Origin: Octopus bimaculoides
Lineage: Eukaryota
Direction of reading: 5' to 3'
Assembly (NCBI RefSeq): GCF_001194135.2
Contig: NC_068998.1
Span: 51,533,809 to 51,597,808 of the forward strand
DNA: 64,000 nucleotides
Shown here: piece by piece, positions 47,573-60,171 of the stretch
Layout of the letters: every line of letters starts with the position of its first letter
Numbering within the stretch: position 1 is the first letter of the stretch
Notes under the pieces: model-generated
What the model was told of the DNA's origin: nothing
Seen by the model: the letters and a program-made list of their open reading frames with translations, nothing else
Databases searched by the model: none
Made by a program: the position numbers and the translations under genes

Positions 47573-50500
47573 CGTCCAGTTCCTCTACTGAATTGGGATG
47601 GAGGATTTGGCATGATCTGACAAGCTGCAGAGTTGTGTCTGTCTCCAATGTTGGTTTTGGTATGGTTTCTACAGCCAGATGCCCTTCACAATGCCAACTG
47701 CTTTATAAAGTGTATACTCAGTGTGTCTTTGTGGTCCCAATACTAGTAGGGGTCACCAAGTAATTTGCAAGACAAATAAAAGAAAGGATAAGGCCCCTCA
47801 GCTCAGTGAGAGTGTATTTGAGAGAAAGAGAGGAGTTAAGGATGTTCTAACGGTTATTGCTCCTTTCAGACCACGGCCATGCTGGAGCACCACCTTGAAC
47901 AATTTTACTTGAACGAGTTGACCCCAATGCTTGTTTTCCTTTTTTAGAACCTAGTACTTATTCTGTCGGTCTTTTTTGCTGAACTGCTAAGTTATGGCGA
48001 TGTAAAAACACCAACACCAGTTGTCAAGTGGTGGTGGAGGACAAACACACACATATGATGGGCTTCTTTCAGTTTCCATGTACCAAATCCTCTCACAAGG
48101 CTTTGGTCAACCCAAGACTATCATAGAAGACACTTGCCCAAAGTGCCACAAATTACATCCTGTTATTCTTCCTTTTGATAAAATTCTTCCATTTTTTTAT
48201 TATTCTTCCCCATTTTTTTTTTTATTTATACTTAGAAATGTAATTACTATGGAATCATATAAATATTATATGAAATCTTCTAGAATATTTTAAATGATTT
48301 TTAAAATTTTGTTGTTAAGACTTCATACGAGAACCACTTCAGCTAACAGTGCTTTCTCACTGCCGCAAGCATGTTGCCAAATTAAGATGTTTTGCTTTCA
48401 GAAAACACCAGCTTCTCCTCATCTATAAGCAGCTGTTTCTATCTTACCTTATGTCTGTCTTTACTTAATAGTCAATTCCGCAATTCTTATTGCAAACTAT
48501 AGTACTCTTCCAATTTTTATTTATTTTTCTTTTTTTTTTCTTTTTCTCATCTATACGAACCAGATATTCACTCCTGGCTATGTTTAGATAGAATTTTTTT
48601 TCTTTTTCTCTCTAGAAATATTTCCTTTACTTCCACAGACAAAACATTTATTTTCAGTTAAAAAAAATATCCTTGAAAAATTCTTGGCTTATCTTTGTTG
48701 ACTTCATTGTAAAGTTTGAAAACGTATTCCATTTAAGTTCATGAGTTTCAATGAGCTCGTTATGCCAGGGCGAGGGTGGGTGGGACATTTTGATACCCAC
48801 CCATCCAAAAGCGCCTTTGGTTTTAAAATACTAATTTCTTGCTTTAAACTGGTCTCAATTAAAACCTTGCATTGTAATTTCATGTTTATTTTTATCCAAA
48901 ACATCAGATTAATAATTAGAAAATTATTTCAATTAACTCTTCATTGTTTTCGAAATTAATTGAGGCGATGGCAGAAATGTGGACACAAAAGATTTAAAAC
49001 TGAGTTGCATCTGAAAGGAGAGGAGAGAAATTTTTCACTAGATTGAAAACAAATCTTCCTTCTGAAACAAATGGTCACTCTAAAAATTTCAAATACCTTT
49101 TCTCTCTGACAAATAAAATTAGTCAGCCAGGTACTCTTTCCTGTATAAACGTTTCTTATTCAAGCCAACCCTACTTTCTTTGGCTTCTGTTTTTTTACTT
49201 TTCACTTATCATTTATGACAGTATTAACCAAAGTGTTTCCTAAAAGAGCCTGAAGGTGTGATCGCTGCCTTTTTAAGGAAACAAACCATCATCATCATCA
49301 TCACCACTAACTTCTACATCCATATCCCATGCCGGTATGGTTTAGATGGATTGATGGGATCTGATGGGTCTAAGGACCACACCGTGTTTCAATGTTTGCT
49401 TTGGCATGGTGGCTGCTGTTGCATGCTATACTTTACAGACTGTACTGGGTACTTTTTTAGATAAGACCAACATTAGTGAGGTTGTCATGCATGTCACAAG
49501 ACTAAAATTGCCTGGATCTTAGAAGACAGTAAAGAGATAAAGGGTTTTATGCTAGGAGACGAGGGGCTAAAGCAGGGGCCAGTGAACCAGGGTAAATTAC
49601 CCTAAGTGGGTTAAAAATGGAATTCTTGCGGTTACTGAGGACACATTAGATATAAGTAAAATTATTTAAAAAAACATGTTCCCTGTTATCTATGATTTTC
49701 TTCCATTCAGATCAAGGGGGTAACATCAGCGTAAATGAATTTACTTGGGGGTAATTGTTTAAAAATCATCTCTGTCTAATTGTTGAGAGGACGTTGGTGT
49801 TGCCTTGGTGGACGTTTGCGCTCTCTGAGTGCTCTTCTTTGTCTTGTTTTCATTCTCCTCACTTCTCAGTGTGTGACTACTTAATTATCAGCTTTCAGCA
49901 AATCTGCTAAATGGATGGTCAGACTGGCTGTGTTCAGAGTTCTAGCCTGGCAACACTCTCTGTAATTAATTTTATCAATACCATGTGACCACCGAGCATG
50001 TGATCTCTGTTCTATTGTTGTTTCGTCTTTGACTGAATAAAGTCATGGTCAAGACTAATCAAACCATGAGCATTTCTTCTTTGTGTCAAGGCAAGCACCC
50101 ATGTTAAGTTGAATATAAAGATTATCTTTTGGTATTAATACAGCTTCTATCAATAGTAATTAATTATTAATAAGCCTGCTGGCTATTTGCGACATCAGCA
50201 TCTGAAAGGATGCAGAAATTCTATACATCATAGCAGTGAGATCTGACTGGCATGAGGTGACTGATACTTCTTACTGAGGGTTCCAGTAGACCGAAATCAC
50301 ACGTTATGGGAATTTCACTCCCCATGACAGACACATCTCAACTGTTATGATATATGTGGGTACTTTTATGCACCAATTGCTTAAATGAGAGGTTCCCTCA
50401 AGCCTAATAACACAGTATTTGGTGTTCTTATAAGGCATTCAATTTAAATTAGATATAAAGATTATTATTTATTTTTTGTATTAATGTGCTTCCATTGCTA

Positions 50501-51072
50501 ATAATTAATATCTCGATTATTTAAAGTGTTCATCCTTTTTCAAGGTGTCGTAATGATTATAATGTTGGGAAGGTTTGGTTGGTTGTCATTTCTAGCAGGT
50601 TAAGTGACTATATAGCCACTTCCATGGTTCCATTAGAGATTTGGGGTCAATATAATTGACTGACCCTTTCCCTTGGAATTACTGGCCTTGTGCCAAAATA
50701 TGGAACCATTATTATCACGTTTCATGTGCGTCTTTACTGACTTCACCTCCATGTTACCAAGGTGTGTGTAGCTGCATTATCTTTTGAGAATACGGAATGG
50801 TTAACCCTGTTTCACTTTGATACTGGCTTTTATTTTGTTGTTTCTGGTGTTGTTTTACTGTTTTGCCTATTTGTTGTATAGAGTATATACAATGTAACTC
50901 ATGTTATTTTCTGCTTTGAGGTGATTGCATTTCACATGTGGCATGTGTTTGGTATTACATGTTTTTAGTGTCAGGCTGGTTATTGTGTAAAGTAGGTGCT
51001 CTGTTGGTGGCTGGTGTTAGATATTTTAGTGTCAGGTGGTTATTATTTGGAACACATACGCTGCATTATTTG

Positions 51073-51126
<54 letters not shown>

Positions 51127-52132
51127 CTTTTCACTTTCTGGGTGGTGATTCTCATTCATACATGCTGTGTGATTGGTGCTTTGTGTCTTAACTTCGGCTG
51201 ATGATTGCATAGAATATGTACTGTATCATTTATATAATATTAGTGGGTGGTATCTGCTTAGAATTTGCATTATGCGAATTGTTGATGAACTGTGTGGGAC
51301 ATGTTAGAAACCAGTCGTCATTATTATCATTATTATTCCTTTTATTGTTGTTGTTGTTGTTGTTGTTGTTATTGCTGTTCTTAGACTATTTATATTACAT
51401 TTCTGAATTCTTCTCAATGCTTATTTTTAACTTCTTATTCCTTCCTCCTGCAAACTTGTGCGACAGAAGCTAAAGAGTCGTATTATGCAACTTAATGTTT
51501 TGCTCTTTTGACTTTTGAAACGGTAATGATGCTATTAGCAGATGCTGTAAGTCAATCTGTGCCATTTCTTGAGTAGGAAAACTAAATAAAAATAGAGATT
51601 ATTTTTAAGGAAATTTATTATTTCTTTTTACAAGTTAAGCTTCTTAAATGTTAGATTTCGTTTTGCTGAAGACATACATATGAAAGAAATATTTGCGGTA
51701 TAAGTGGATAGTAAAAATAATAAGCTAGAAAACTGAAGGAGAAACAAAAAGTACAAATATTTATTTTGTTCTGGATTAGTTTTCATTAATTTATAAGCAA
51801 AGAATTATTAAACTTATATGGCTGTGTTGATACAAAGATTTAGAGTTTACCTTGTTACCACATGGTCTTCAGTTTTCTCTCACTGCATGGCACCTTGAGC
51901 AAGTATTTTCTTCTGTTGTAGTGTTGGGCTAATTAATGCCCTGTGAGTGCTCTTGTTAGACGCAAAATGTATGGTAGCCTATCAACCTACACCATACACT
52001 GTCTCTCTCACAGGCACACACACACACACACACACACACACTGTTAATCTCAACAAACACTCTTACACTCACAAATATACTGCCCATATCTCTTGTACAA
52101 AGTCACTCAAATACAAATATATATATATATAT

Positions 52133-52410
52133 ACAAACCTTCTGGCATACACTGCATTGAAAGGTGTGCACAGACATATATTCAGAATAGTTGGTGGAGG
52201 TTCGTTTTCCATGCATTCACAGATGAGATTTGAAGTCAGCCAAAGACAAGCATGGTCTGTCACAGACTGTGCACACAAAAAGGTCCTTGTCATTCACCTT
52301 CTCGATCGTTACATTCTTCCTTAGATCTCTTTTTCAGTCTTATTTGCGTTATCCTGATCTCAAATTAAATACACAACCAAAAGAGCTACTAACAGTTTCA
52401 TGCTGTTATG
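52133..52410 (-). pseudogene. Decayed LINE C-terminus with C2H2 zinc fingers, most likely an RTE (third lineage)
   Basis: Manual translation LRKNVTIEKVNDKDLFVCTVCDRPCLSLADFKSHL*MHGKRTSTNYSEYMSVHTFQCSVCQKVC, cut off by (TA)n. The CxxCxRxCxSxxxxxSHxRxH pattern is the RTE-type terminal finger; no TGEKPY linker. Confidence 0.7.
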
Positions 52411-53528
52411 ATACTTGAGCAGATATATTTATAAAATACATCATGTATGTTAAAGCAGTTTTTCTGACTCTATGCATTGTATATAATTTTTGGAAGCAAG
52501 GATACTGGACAGTACGAAAATTAGAAAAAAACATGGAAAAGATGTGAAGAAGGTCTTCGTGCAAAAAATAGAACAAGAAAAAAAAAAACAAAATCAAGAA
52601 CTACAATCCCTGGTTGCAGAAAATTCATTGAAAACAATTTGTTTAGAACAAAATAACAAAAGATATATCAGATAACAGAATAACCTCTTACATATGTGTG
52701 TGTGTGCATGTGTCTTTAAATAAATATTGGCAATCAAAAATGCAGTGTTGTTTGTCTGCAGGATTCAGAGGACTAGAGGAAATGCTGCGTTGCTTGGATT
52801 CATGTGAGGCAAAAGAAAGAACATTTAACCATAGGAAACTGTATCAATAAATTTCGTCTGACCCATGGAAGCATGGCATGGAAAAGTGCACATTAAAACA
52901 GTTATGATGTCTTCATTATATAAAGTAAAGGTTAACAGTCTAAGGAATTACATTCTACTTGATAATAAATAAGGTTAAGAGATATAATTATATTTTAATT
53001 ACATAAAATATTTGAATTTCTAGAATGCACAATATTGAGGGCCATTGAGCAATTATGTTGTAATCTTTCATTTTTCTTGGTTAAACAGAACATTTGAAAA
53101 CTTGGTCGATGGAGAGGGTTGTAGTGTGTTTGAAGAGAATAAATCTGAGTTCTGAACGTTTCTTCCTGTGGGTGCTGGGTACTGATAGGTATTACCCGTG
53201 AAACACATTATGTATGTGTGTGGTAGTACTACCGGGAATATGAAATGGCTTATATTTCTAATTGGATATCATGTTCTGTCTAACAAATTATTAAATGTGT
53301 TGCAATGTTTAATATTTCTTGTTAGGTGTGTGTGTAAAGTGATTATTATAAATGTTTTTTGGCTTTTGGGTTGGGGTGGGGTGGGGGTATTTCTGAACTG
53401 AATGTATAATGTGTGCAGTAGATTAAACGGTCAGGTGGAATATCTTTCTCTCTAATGAAAATAGCAAAAACATCTTGATGATTGTGTATATGCTTAGACA
53501 TGAGTCCACACAAACACGTTTCATTGTT

Positions 53529-53534
<6 letters not shown>

Positions 53535-53562
<28 letters not shown>

Positions 53563-53865
53563 CTGTCTCTTCCTCCACCCTCCCTCCACCTCTCTCTCTC
53601 TCTCCCTCCTCTCTTTCCCCTCATCTCTCTCTACCCTCTCTCTCACACCTCTCCCTCCTACCTCCTCTATTTCCCTTCTCTTTCACTCCCCTTTTCCCCT
53701 CCTCTCTCCCTCTCTCTTCTCCCCTCCTCCTCTCTACTACCTCCTCCTCTCTACTGCCTCCTCCTCTCTACTGCCTCCTCCTCTCTACTGCCTCCTCCTC
53801 TCTACTGCCTCCTCCTCTCTACTACCTTCTCCTCTCTACCCCCCACTCTCTCTCTCTCTCTCTCA
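53535..53865. repeat. Polypyrimidine tract containing a 17-bp minisatellite cctcctcctctctact(g/a), about 7 copies at 53723-53840
   Basis: Units start at 53723, 53740, 53757, 53774, 53791, 53808 and 53825. Confidence 0.92.
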
Positions 53866-54342
53866 GCAGNNNNNNNNNNNNNNNNNNNNNNNNNNNNNNN
53901 NNNNNNNNNNNNNNNNNNNNNNNNNNNNNNNNNNNNNNNNNNNNNNNNNNNNNNNNNNNNNNNNNNNNNNNNNNNNNNNNNNNNNNNNNNNNNNNNNNNN
54001 NNNNNNNNNNNNNNNNNNNNNNNNNNNNNNNNNNNNNNNNNNNNNNNNNNNNNNNNNNNNNNNNNNNNNNNNNNNNNNNNNNNNNNNNNNNNNNNNNNNN
54101 NNNNNNNNNNNNNNNNNNNNNNNNNNNNNNNNNNNNNNNNNNNNNNNNNNNNNNNNNNNNNNNNNNNNNNNNNNNNNNNNNNNNNNNNNNNNNNNNNNNN
54201 NNNNNNNNNNNNNNNNNNNNNNNNNNNNNNNNNNNNNNNNNNNNNNNNNNNNNNNNNNNNNNNNNNNNNNNNNNNNNNNNNNNNNNNNNNNNNNNNNNNN
54301 NNNNNNNNNNNNNNNNNNNNNNNNNNNNNNNNNNNNNNNNNN

Positions 54343-54403
<61 letters not shown>

Positions 54404-55003
54404 CATGCACACACACACACACACACGCACATAGGTGTGTGTATGTATGTGTGTGTATCTATATCACACATACATGTATATCCAATCTATTGAGAACATT
54501 GAAATGTAATTATGTTTGCTGTTTAGGGATTTACATTTGAAATACCAATTTCAGACGTGTCATGGCCAGCTGCTAAAAAAAAAGGCCGACTGCAACTGCA
54601 GTTAATCGCAAATACAGTCGTAAGCTATGGTATACTCTAAAGCTTTATTTTCTTTCAGAAAATCCATGAGAAAATTTAACGCAGAGCAGGTCTCTTGTCT
54701 ACGGGTGATTCAGTATAATGACAGGTTCTGTCTATCAGTTTTGGTTATATGACAGTGGTCTCTTCATCTTACTGTTTTGGTCGCTCTTCAAAAGATCATA
54801 GCTGAGGAGTTTTGTTAGGTGTAAACATGGCTGTATGGTTAAGAGGCTTGTTTCCAAAATGTGTGGTGTTTGGTTTAGTTCCACTGCTTGGAATTTGGAC
54901 AGATGAATTCTTCCACTATAACCCAAAACTGACCAAACCCTTGTTAGTGAATTTGGTAGATGGAAGAAGCCTGTTGTGTGTATATATGTATATACATGTG
55001 TGC

Positions 55004-55049
<46 letters not shown>

Positions 55050-56163
55050 NNNNNNNNNNNNNNNNNNNNNNNNNNNNNNNNNNNNNNNNNNNNNNNNNNN
55101 NNNNNNNNNNNNNNNNNNNNNNNNNNNNNNNNNNNNNNNNNNNNNNNNNNNNNNNNNNNNNNNNNNNNNNNNNNNNNNNNNNNNNNNNNNNNNNNNNNNN
55201 NNNNNNNNNNNNNNNNNNNNNNNNNNNNNNNNNNNNNNNNNNNNNNNNNNNNNNNNNNNNNNNNNNNNNNNNNNNNNNNNNNNNNNNNNNNNNNNNNNNN
55301 NNNNNNNNNNNNNNNNNNNNNNNNNNNNNNNNNNNNNNNNNNNNNNNNNNNNNNNNNNNNNNNNNNNNNNNNNNNNNNNNNNNNNNNNNNNNNNNNNNNN
55401 NNNNNNNNNNNNNNNNNNNNNNNNNNNNNNNNNNNNNNNNNNNNNNNNNNNNNNNNNNNNAAATAAAATCTATTTTGACAAGGCCCTTCCTGCCAATATC
55501 TTTTTGTTATTTTTTATTTGATAACGCTCTTCTTAATCAATTAAAGATTTAAAACTGCACTTAAAAACATTTTCATTTACTGCAAAACTTAATACCATTT
55601 TGCGTGTATGCCATGTTATGTGGAATGGTTACAAACACAGAACAAGATTTATAAATCTTTTTCCATTTTTTTTATTATTATTATTATCATGGTAGGAAAC
55701 AATATTTGAGAATTAAAACCATGTTTAGCAGAGAAAACTTAATGTAACTGTCTGAGAACAGGAGATAATCCTCTTGGAGATTTTGTTTGTTACCTTTAAT
55801 TATTTTTTTTGTTGTTCTTTCCTCATCTATGTTCATCCATAACAAGCAATAACCAACCTTCTGGGGATGTTCGGTTTATTGCACTCACCGATTGACTGTC
55901 ACTGACATGTCTGTTTTTGAGCGATTTATTGAAAAGAACAGGAAAGATTAGTCGTTGGTCAAACCTTTATGTTTCTACAAATCTTCTGCATAATAGAGTT
56001 AAGATTATAAATTCACTATATGTGGTTATTTGTGAATAGATAAATGTTTTCCATTACGATCTAACTGCACATAATTTGGATTCTCCTGTGCAAGACGACA
56101 TATGAGTGTCTAGTTTTTACTGAGCAACCTGCACAAATAATTTGTGTATAGTTTTGTTTATAT

Positions 56164-56520
56164 TGATCAAAATGTATGTGTTCCACATGTTTTGTTTATA
56201 GTGGTCAAAATGTATGTGTGCCACATGTTTTGTTTATAGTGATCAAAATGTATGTGTGCCACATGTTTTGTTTATAGTGATCAAAATGTATGTGTGCCAC
56301 ATGTTTTGTTTATATTGATCAAAATGTATGTATGTGTTCCACATGTTTTGTTTATAGTGGTCAAAATGTATGTGCCACGTGTTTTGTTTATAGTGATCAA
56401 AATGTATGTGTGCCACATGTTTTGTTTATAGTGATCAAAATGTAAGTATGTGTGCCACATGTTTTGTTTATAGTGATCAAAATGTATGTGTGCCACATGT
56501 TTTGTTTATTGTGATCAAAG
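56164..56520. repeat. 38-bp minisatellite, 9 full units plus a partial
   Basis: Consensus tgatcaaaatgtatgtgtgccacatgttttgtttatag; units start at 56164, 56202, 56240, 56278, 56316, 56358, 56394, 56432 and 56474. Confidence 0.95.
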
Positions 56521-57286
56521 TCCTGATATGATTTGTTACATTGATCCTAGCACTAGACTGGTACTTTACTTTTACTAACTCCAAATGATGAAAAGCTAAG
56601 TCAGCCTCACTGGAATTTGAACACAGAACATAAATAGCTGGAAGAAATGCACTAACGATTCTTCCTGATGCACTAACGATTCTACCAGTTCGCCACTTAA
56701 ATAAGAAATAAATGCAGTAAAATAAACCGTAAAATATGCTAAAAAACAGAAATTGTAACAAAAGTAATTTATTCTAAAGAGCGCAAAAAGAAATGGAATT
56801 GTGTTCTGCTTGGTAAATTGATAAAAGAGTGAAAATCAATATCTGGGCCCTTTCTTGGAAATGGATGCCAGTGACTTTTTTCTGATAGCATTCTCTGCCA
56901 AGATAAGGTCAAATGCCAGTACCACTGATGTTTTTTTATATTTTTAAAAAATTTTTTTAGGTTTTATTTACTTATTAATTTAAAAAATTTTTTTTCATTT
57001 AAGCTGTTATGTAAATTCTGAAGGAAAATCAAGGCAGCTTGAAACCTCTCTTCATGTTTTTATATTTTACATTTTTTTTTTCACTCGTTAGACTGTGACC
57101 ATGCTACAGCACTGCCTTGAAGAATTTTAGTTGAATAAATGAACCCCAGTACTTACTTGCTTTTTTTAAAAGCCTTTTACCTATTTTATCAGTCACTTTT
57201 GCTGAACTGCTAAGTTATTCAGATGTAAACACACCGAAACCAGTTGGTGGTAGAGGAAAAAGACACACACACACACACACACACTC

Positions 57287-57317
<31 letters not shown>

Positions 57318-57764
57318 TGTTTGACTTAGTTTGAGCAAAATCTTTGTAATGCTGTCATAAAGGCTCCTATGCTTCATGTTGTTAGCTACCACCTGTTAAT
57401 TCCATTTCTCTGGATAATCCAATGGTAAATGTATACACATGGAATTCCTTTCGGCTTAGGATAAATATCATAATAATAATAATAATAATAATAATATGTG
57501 GATGGAAATTCAATGGCTTTCTTTATGCATCGCAACATGTGTGTGTCTACACTGCATGCCATCAATTTCCATCCTCACATTGTTATTGTTGTTTACCATC
57601 ATCATCATTTAACGTCTGTTTTCCATGCTGGTATGGGTTGGACGGTTTAACAGGAGCTGACCAGCTGAAGAGCTGTTCAAACTCTATGCTCTCTGCAGCT
57701 ACATATCCTTTCTAGCATCAATGTGTGTGTGTGTGTGTGTGCATGTGCATGTGTGTGTGTGCAT

Positions 57765-58075
57765 GTGTGATGGTGTTCCAGTTTCTCTCCACCAAATTCA
57801 CTCACAAGGCTTTGATTGGCCCTAGGCCAGTGATTCCCAACATTTACACTACCAAGGGCCCCTTTTATTTAAATGAGCTTTCTCATAGACCCCAAGATAT
57901 TGAAAGGTCTGTCAGCTTAACATTTTCACGGACCCCCAATCCTATCACAGGTTGGGAACCACTGCCCTAAGCTATAGTAGAAGACTCTTCTTGCCCTAGG
58001 TACCACATCATGAGACTGAACCTGGAACCATGTTGTTGGGAATCAAACTTCTTACCACACAGCCACACCTACGCA
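57765..58075 (-). mobile_element. SINE family A 5' half interrupted by a hAT MITE
   Basis: tcacaaggctttgattggccct | MITE | aagctatagtagaagac...cttaccacacagcc. Confidence 0.8.
57828..57964. mobile_element. 137-bp hAT (Charlie-type) MITE
   Basis: 14-bp TIRs cagtgattcccaac / gttgggaaccactg and an 8-bp TSD ccctaggc / ccctaagc (7 of 8 identical). Confidence 0.88.
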
Positions 58076-58599
58076 TATAGTCTTTAAATTTTGTTTCCTT
58101 TTGCCTTTTCCTAAATTCCTGTAGACCAGTATTTCTTTTAAACATAAATACAATTGCTTGCGGTTTGCTTTGTAACCCCAATTAAATTCTTCAAAAAATA
58201 TTTTCTCAGCTTCTATTCCTCTTTTCTCTTTCCTTTCTTTGGAATTCTAAAAAATATTCCCTATTTCTAATTATTTTACTTTTAAAAGACATTTTGTTAT
58301 TTTTTATTTTTTATTGTTGGTATCTCTTCTTAAAACCATTCTCTCCTTTTCTCTGAATCTCTGTGTTATTTAATATCTTTCACATTGTAAATTCTTCTCA
58401 AGATTAGGAAAAAGAAACCCCAAAAGTACTTCTTTTGTTTTTTTTCTTTTTCTATTACCTATAAGGCATCGTGTTACTACCATCATAATCTGTGTTTATC
58501 TTTTGAAAGATAACAGTGACAGCTGATCATGTTAACATTAAAAAGGTCACCATTACAAAAGCTGATTCCACAAACTGTCACTAGTATCTTAATACAGTT

Positions 58600-58976
58600 T
58601 GATGACGATGATGACGATGATGATAATGATGATGATGATGATGATGATGATGTTGCTTATCATCATCATCATCATCATCATTTTCGTGGTACTGCCACCA
58701 CCACCACCACCATCATCGTCATCATCATACCACCACTGTTACCATTATATCACCACCATCATCATACGACTGCCAACATCATCACCATCGCCATCGCCAT
58801 ACAACCAACTCCACCATCCCCACCATCCCCACCATTGTTGTCATCATCTTGCCTCTCCACCATCATTGTCATTTTTGTCATTGTACCAACACCACCACCA
58901 CCACCACCATCGTCATCATCAACACCACCAACGTCATCACTACCTTCATACCCCCACCATCATCACCCCCATTGCC

Positions 58977-59011
<35 letters not shown>

Positions 59012-59012
59012 G
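58600..59012. repeat. (GAT)n/(CAT)n/(CAC)n trinucleotide low-complexity field
   Basis: Direct reading; explains the long D/H/P-rich ORFs 58529-59287, 58599-59060 and 58849-59166. Confidence 0.9.
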
Positions 59013-59540
59013 TCTGGTGTTCTTTCCTGGTGTCCCTTGTCTCAGGCTTTCTCTATCTGATGACACACCTAACAATAACAACAACCACAACAAAAAAGGC
59101 ACTAATCTTTGTTGTTGCTATTATTGTTGTATGTTACTTTTGTTTTTGTTTTTTAGTTACTTGTGAGAGACGCATGGCTGTGTGGTTAAGAAGATCACTT
59201 TGCCACCATGTGGTTTCAGGTTCAATTCCACTGTGTAGTACTTTGGGCAAGTGTCTTTTACTCCTAAGGCTGACCAATACCTTGTAAATGAATTCGGTTC
59301 TCTACCTCCACTCCAGACCCGTGCCTCTCCTCTCTGCTCAGACAAATGGCCTAATACCCCATGGGTTAATACAGCAACTAGTTTTGAATGCCCTTCTTTG
59401 AGCTAGCTCCACTCAAATCAAGGACAGTCAAGGGATAAACAAGAACAATTAGCCCAGTCAACCATGTGAACCCTAAGTTCCTGTCTGCCCAGTAACCCAT
59501 GGGAATTTTGTCTAATAGATAGATGTAGGGATAGAGAAAC

Positions 59541-60171
59541 AAGGGGGTGCTGAAAAGTTCCTGGCTTTGGGTAAAAGAAAATACAGGATGATCAGACAAT
59601 TAAGATTTTATTCAACATATTAGCACTAATATAGGCACAGGAGTGGCTGTGTGGTAAGTAGCTTGCTTACCAACCACATGGTTCTGGGTTCATTCCCACT
59701 GTGCGACACCTTGGAGAAGTGTCTTCTACTATAGCCTCGGGCCGACCAAAGCCTGGTGACTGGATTTGGTAGAGGGAAACTGAAAGAAGCCTATCGTATA
59801 TATGTTTATATATATATGTATGTGTGTGTGTGTTTGTGCCCACAACATCTCTTGACAACCGATGTTGATGTGTTTTCGTCCCCGTAACTTAGCGGTTCGG
59901 CAAAAAGAGACCAATAGAATAAGTACTAGGCTCGCAAAGAATAAGTCCTGGGGTCGATTTGCTCGACTAAAAGCGGTGCTCCAGCATGGCTGCAGTGAAA
60001 TGACTGAAACAAGTAAAAGAGTAAAGAGAGTATATTCCCCTCTCAGATCCACGCACTTATTGCGGCTGCCCTTCAGTTTTTCTAAGTCCTGTAAAAAGAA
60101 CTCAGATGGTTGGGCCTTCAATTAGCCTTCTGTGATACCCTCAAAGCTAGGGACTTTTCAGCACCCGCTCA
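59541..60171 (-). mobile_element. Non-autonomous mariner element with a transposase C-terminal remnant, interrupted by a SINE
   Basis: TIRs gggggtgctgaaaagttcctggcttt / aaagctagggacttttcagcacccg with TA at 60172-73. Minus-strand peptide SEFFLQDLEKLKGSRNKCVDLRGEY fits the mariner terminal motif FxxGIxxLxxRWxKCVxxxGxY. Confidence 0.8.
59634..60030 (+). mobile_element. Full-length SINE family A inserted in the mariner element
   Basis: Complete head, CORE-like block, linker and 3' module; atatt is present on both sides. Confidence 0.9.

Larger units (their letters stand above)
46497..48445. repeat. Three collinear diverged copies of an unclassified element of about 200 bp
   Basis: Copies at about 46497-46710, 47255-47452 and 48285-48445 share ccactt and ccagctt..(c/t)tca.ct..aagca.ctg in order; aagaatccttgaaat is shared by copies 1 and 2. 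Confidence 0.7.

Noticed and set aside
56164-56520. CRISPR-like regular repeats
   Set aside because: The units are contiguous with no unique spacers, in a eukaryotic context with no cas genes.
58529-59287. 252-aa D/H/P-rich ORF
   Set aside because: Trinucleotide low-complexity sequence running into a SINE; overlapping frames are similarly open for the same reason.
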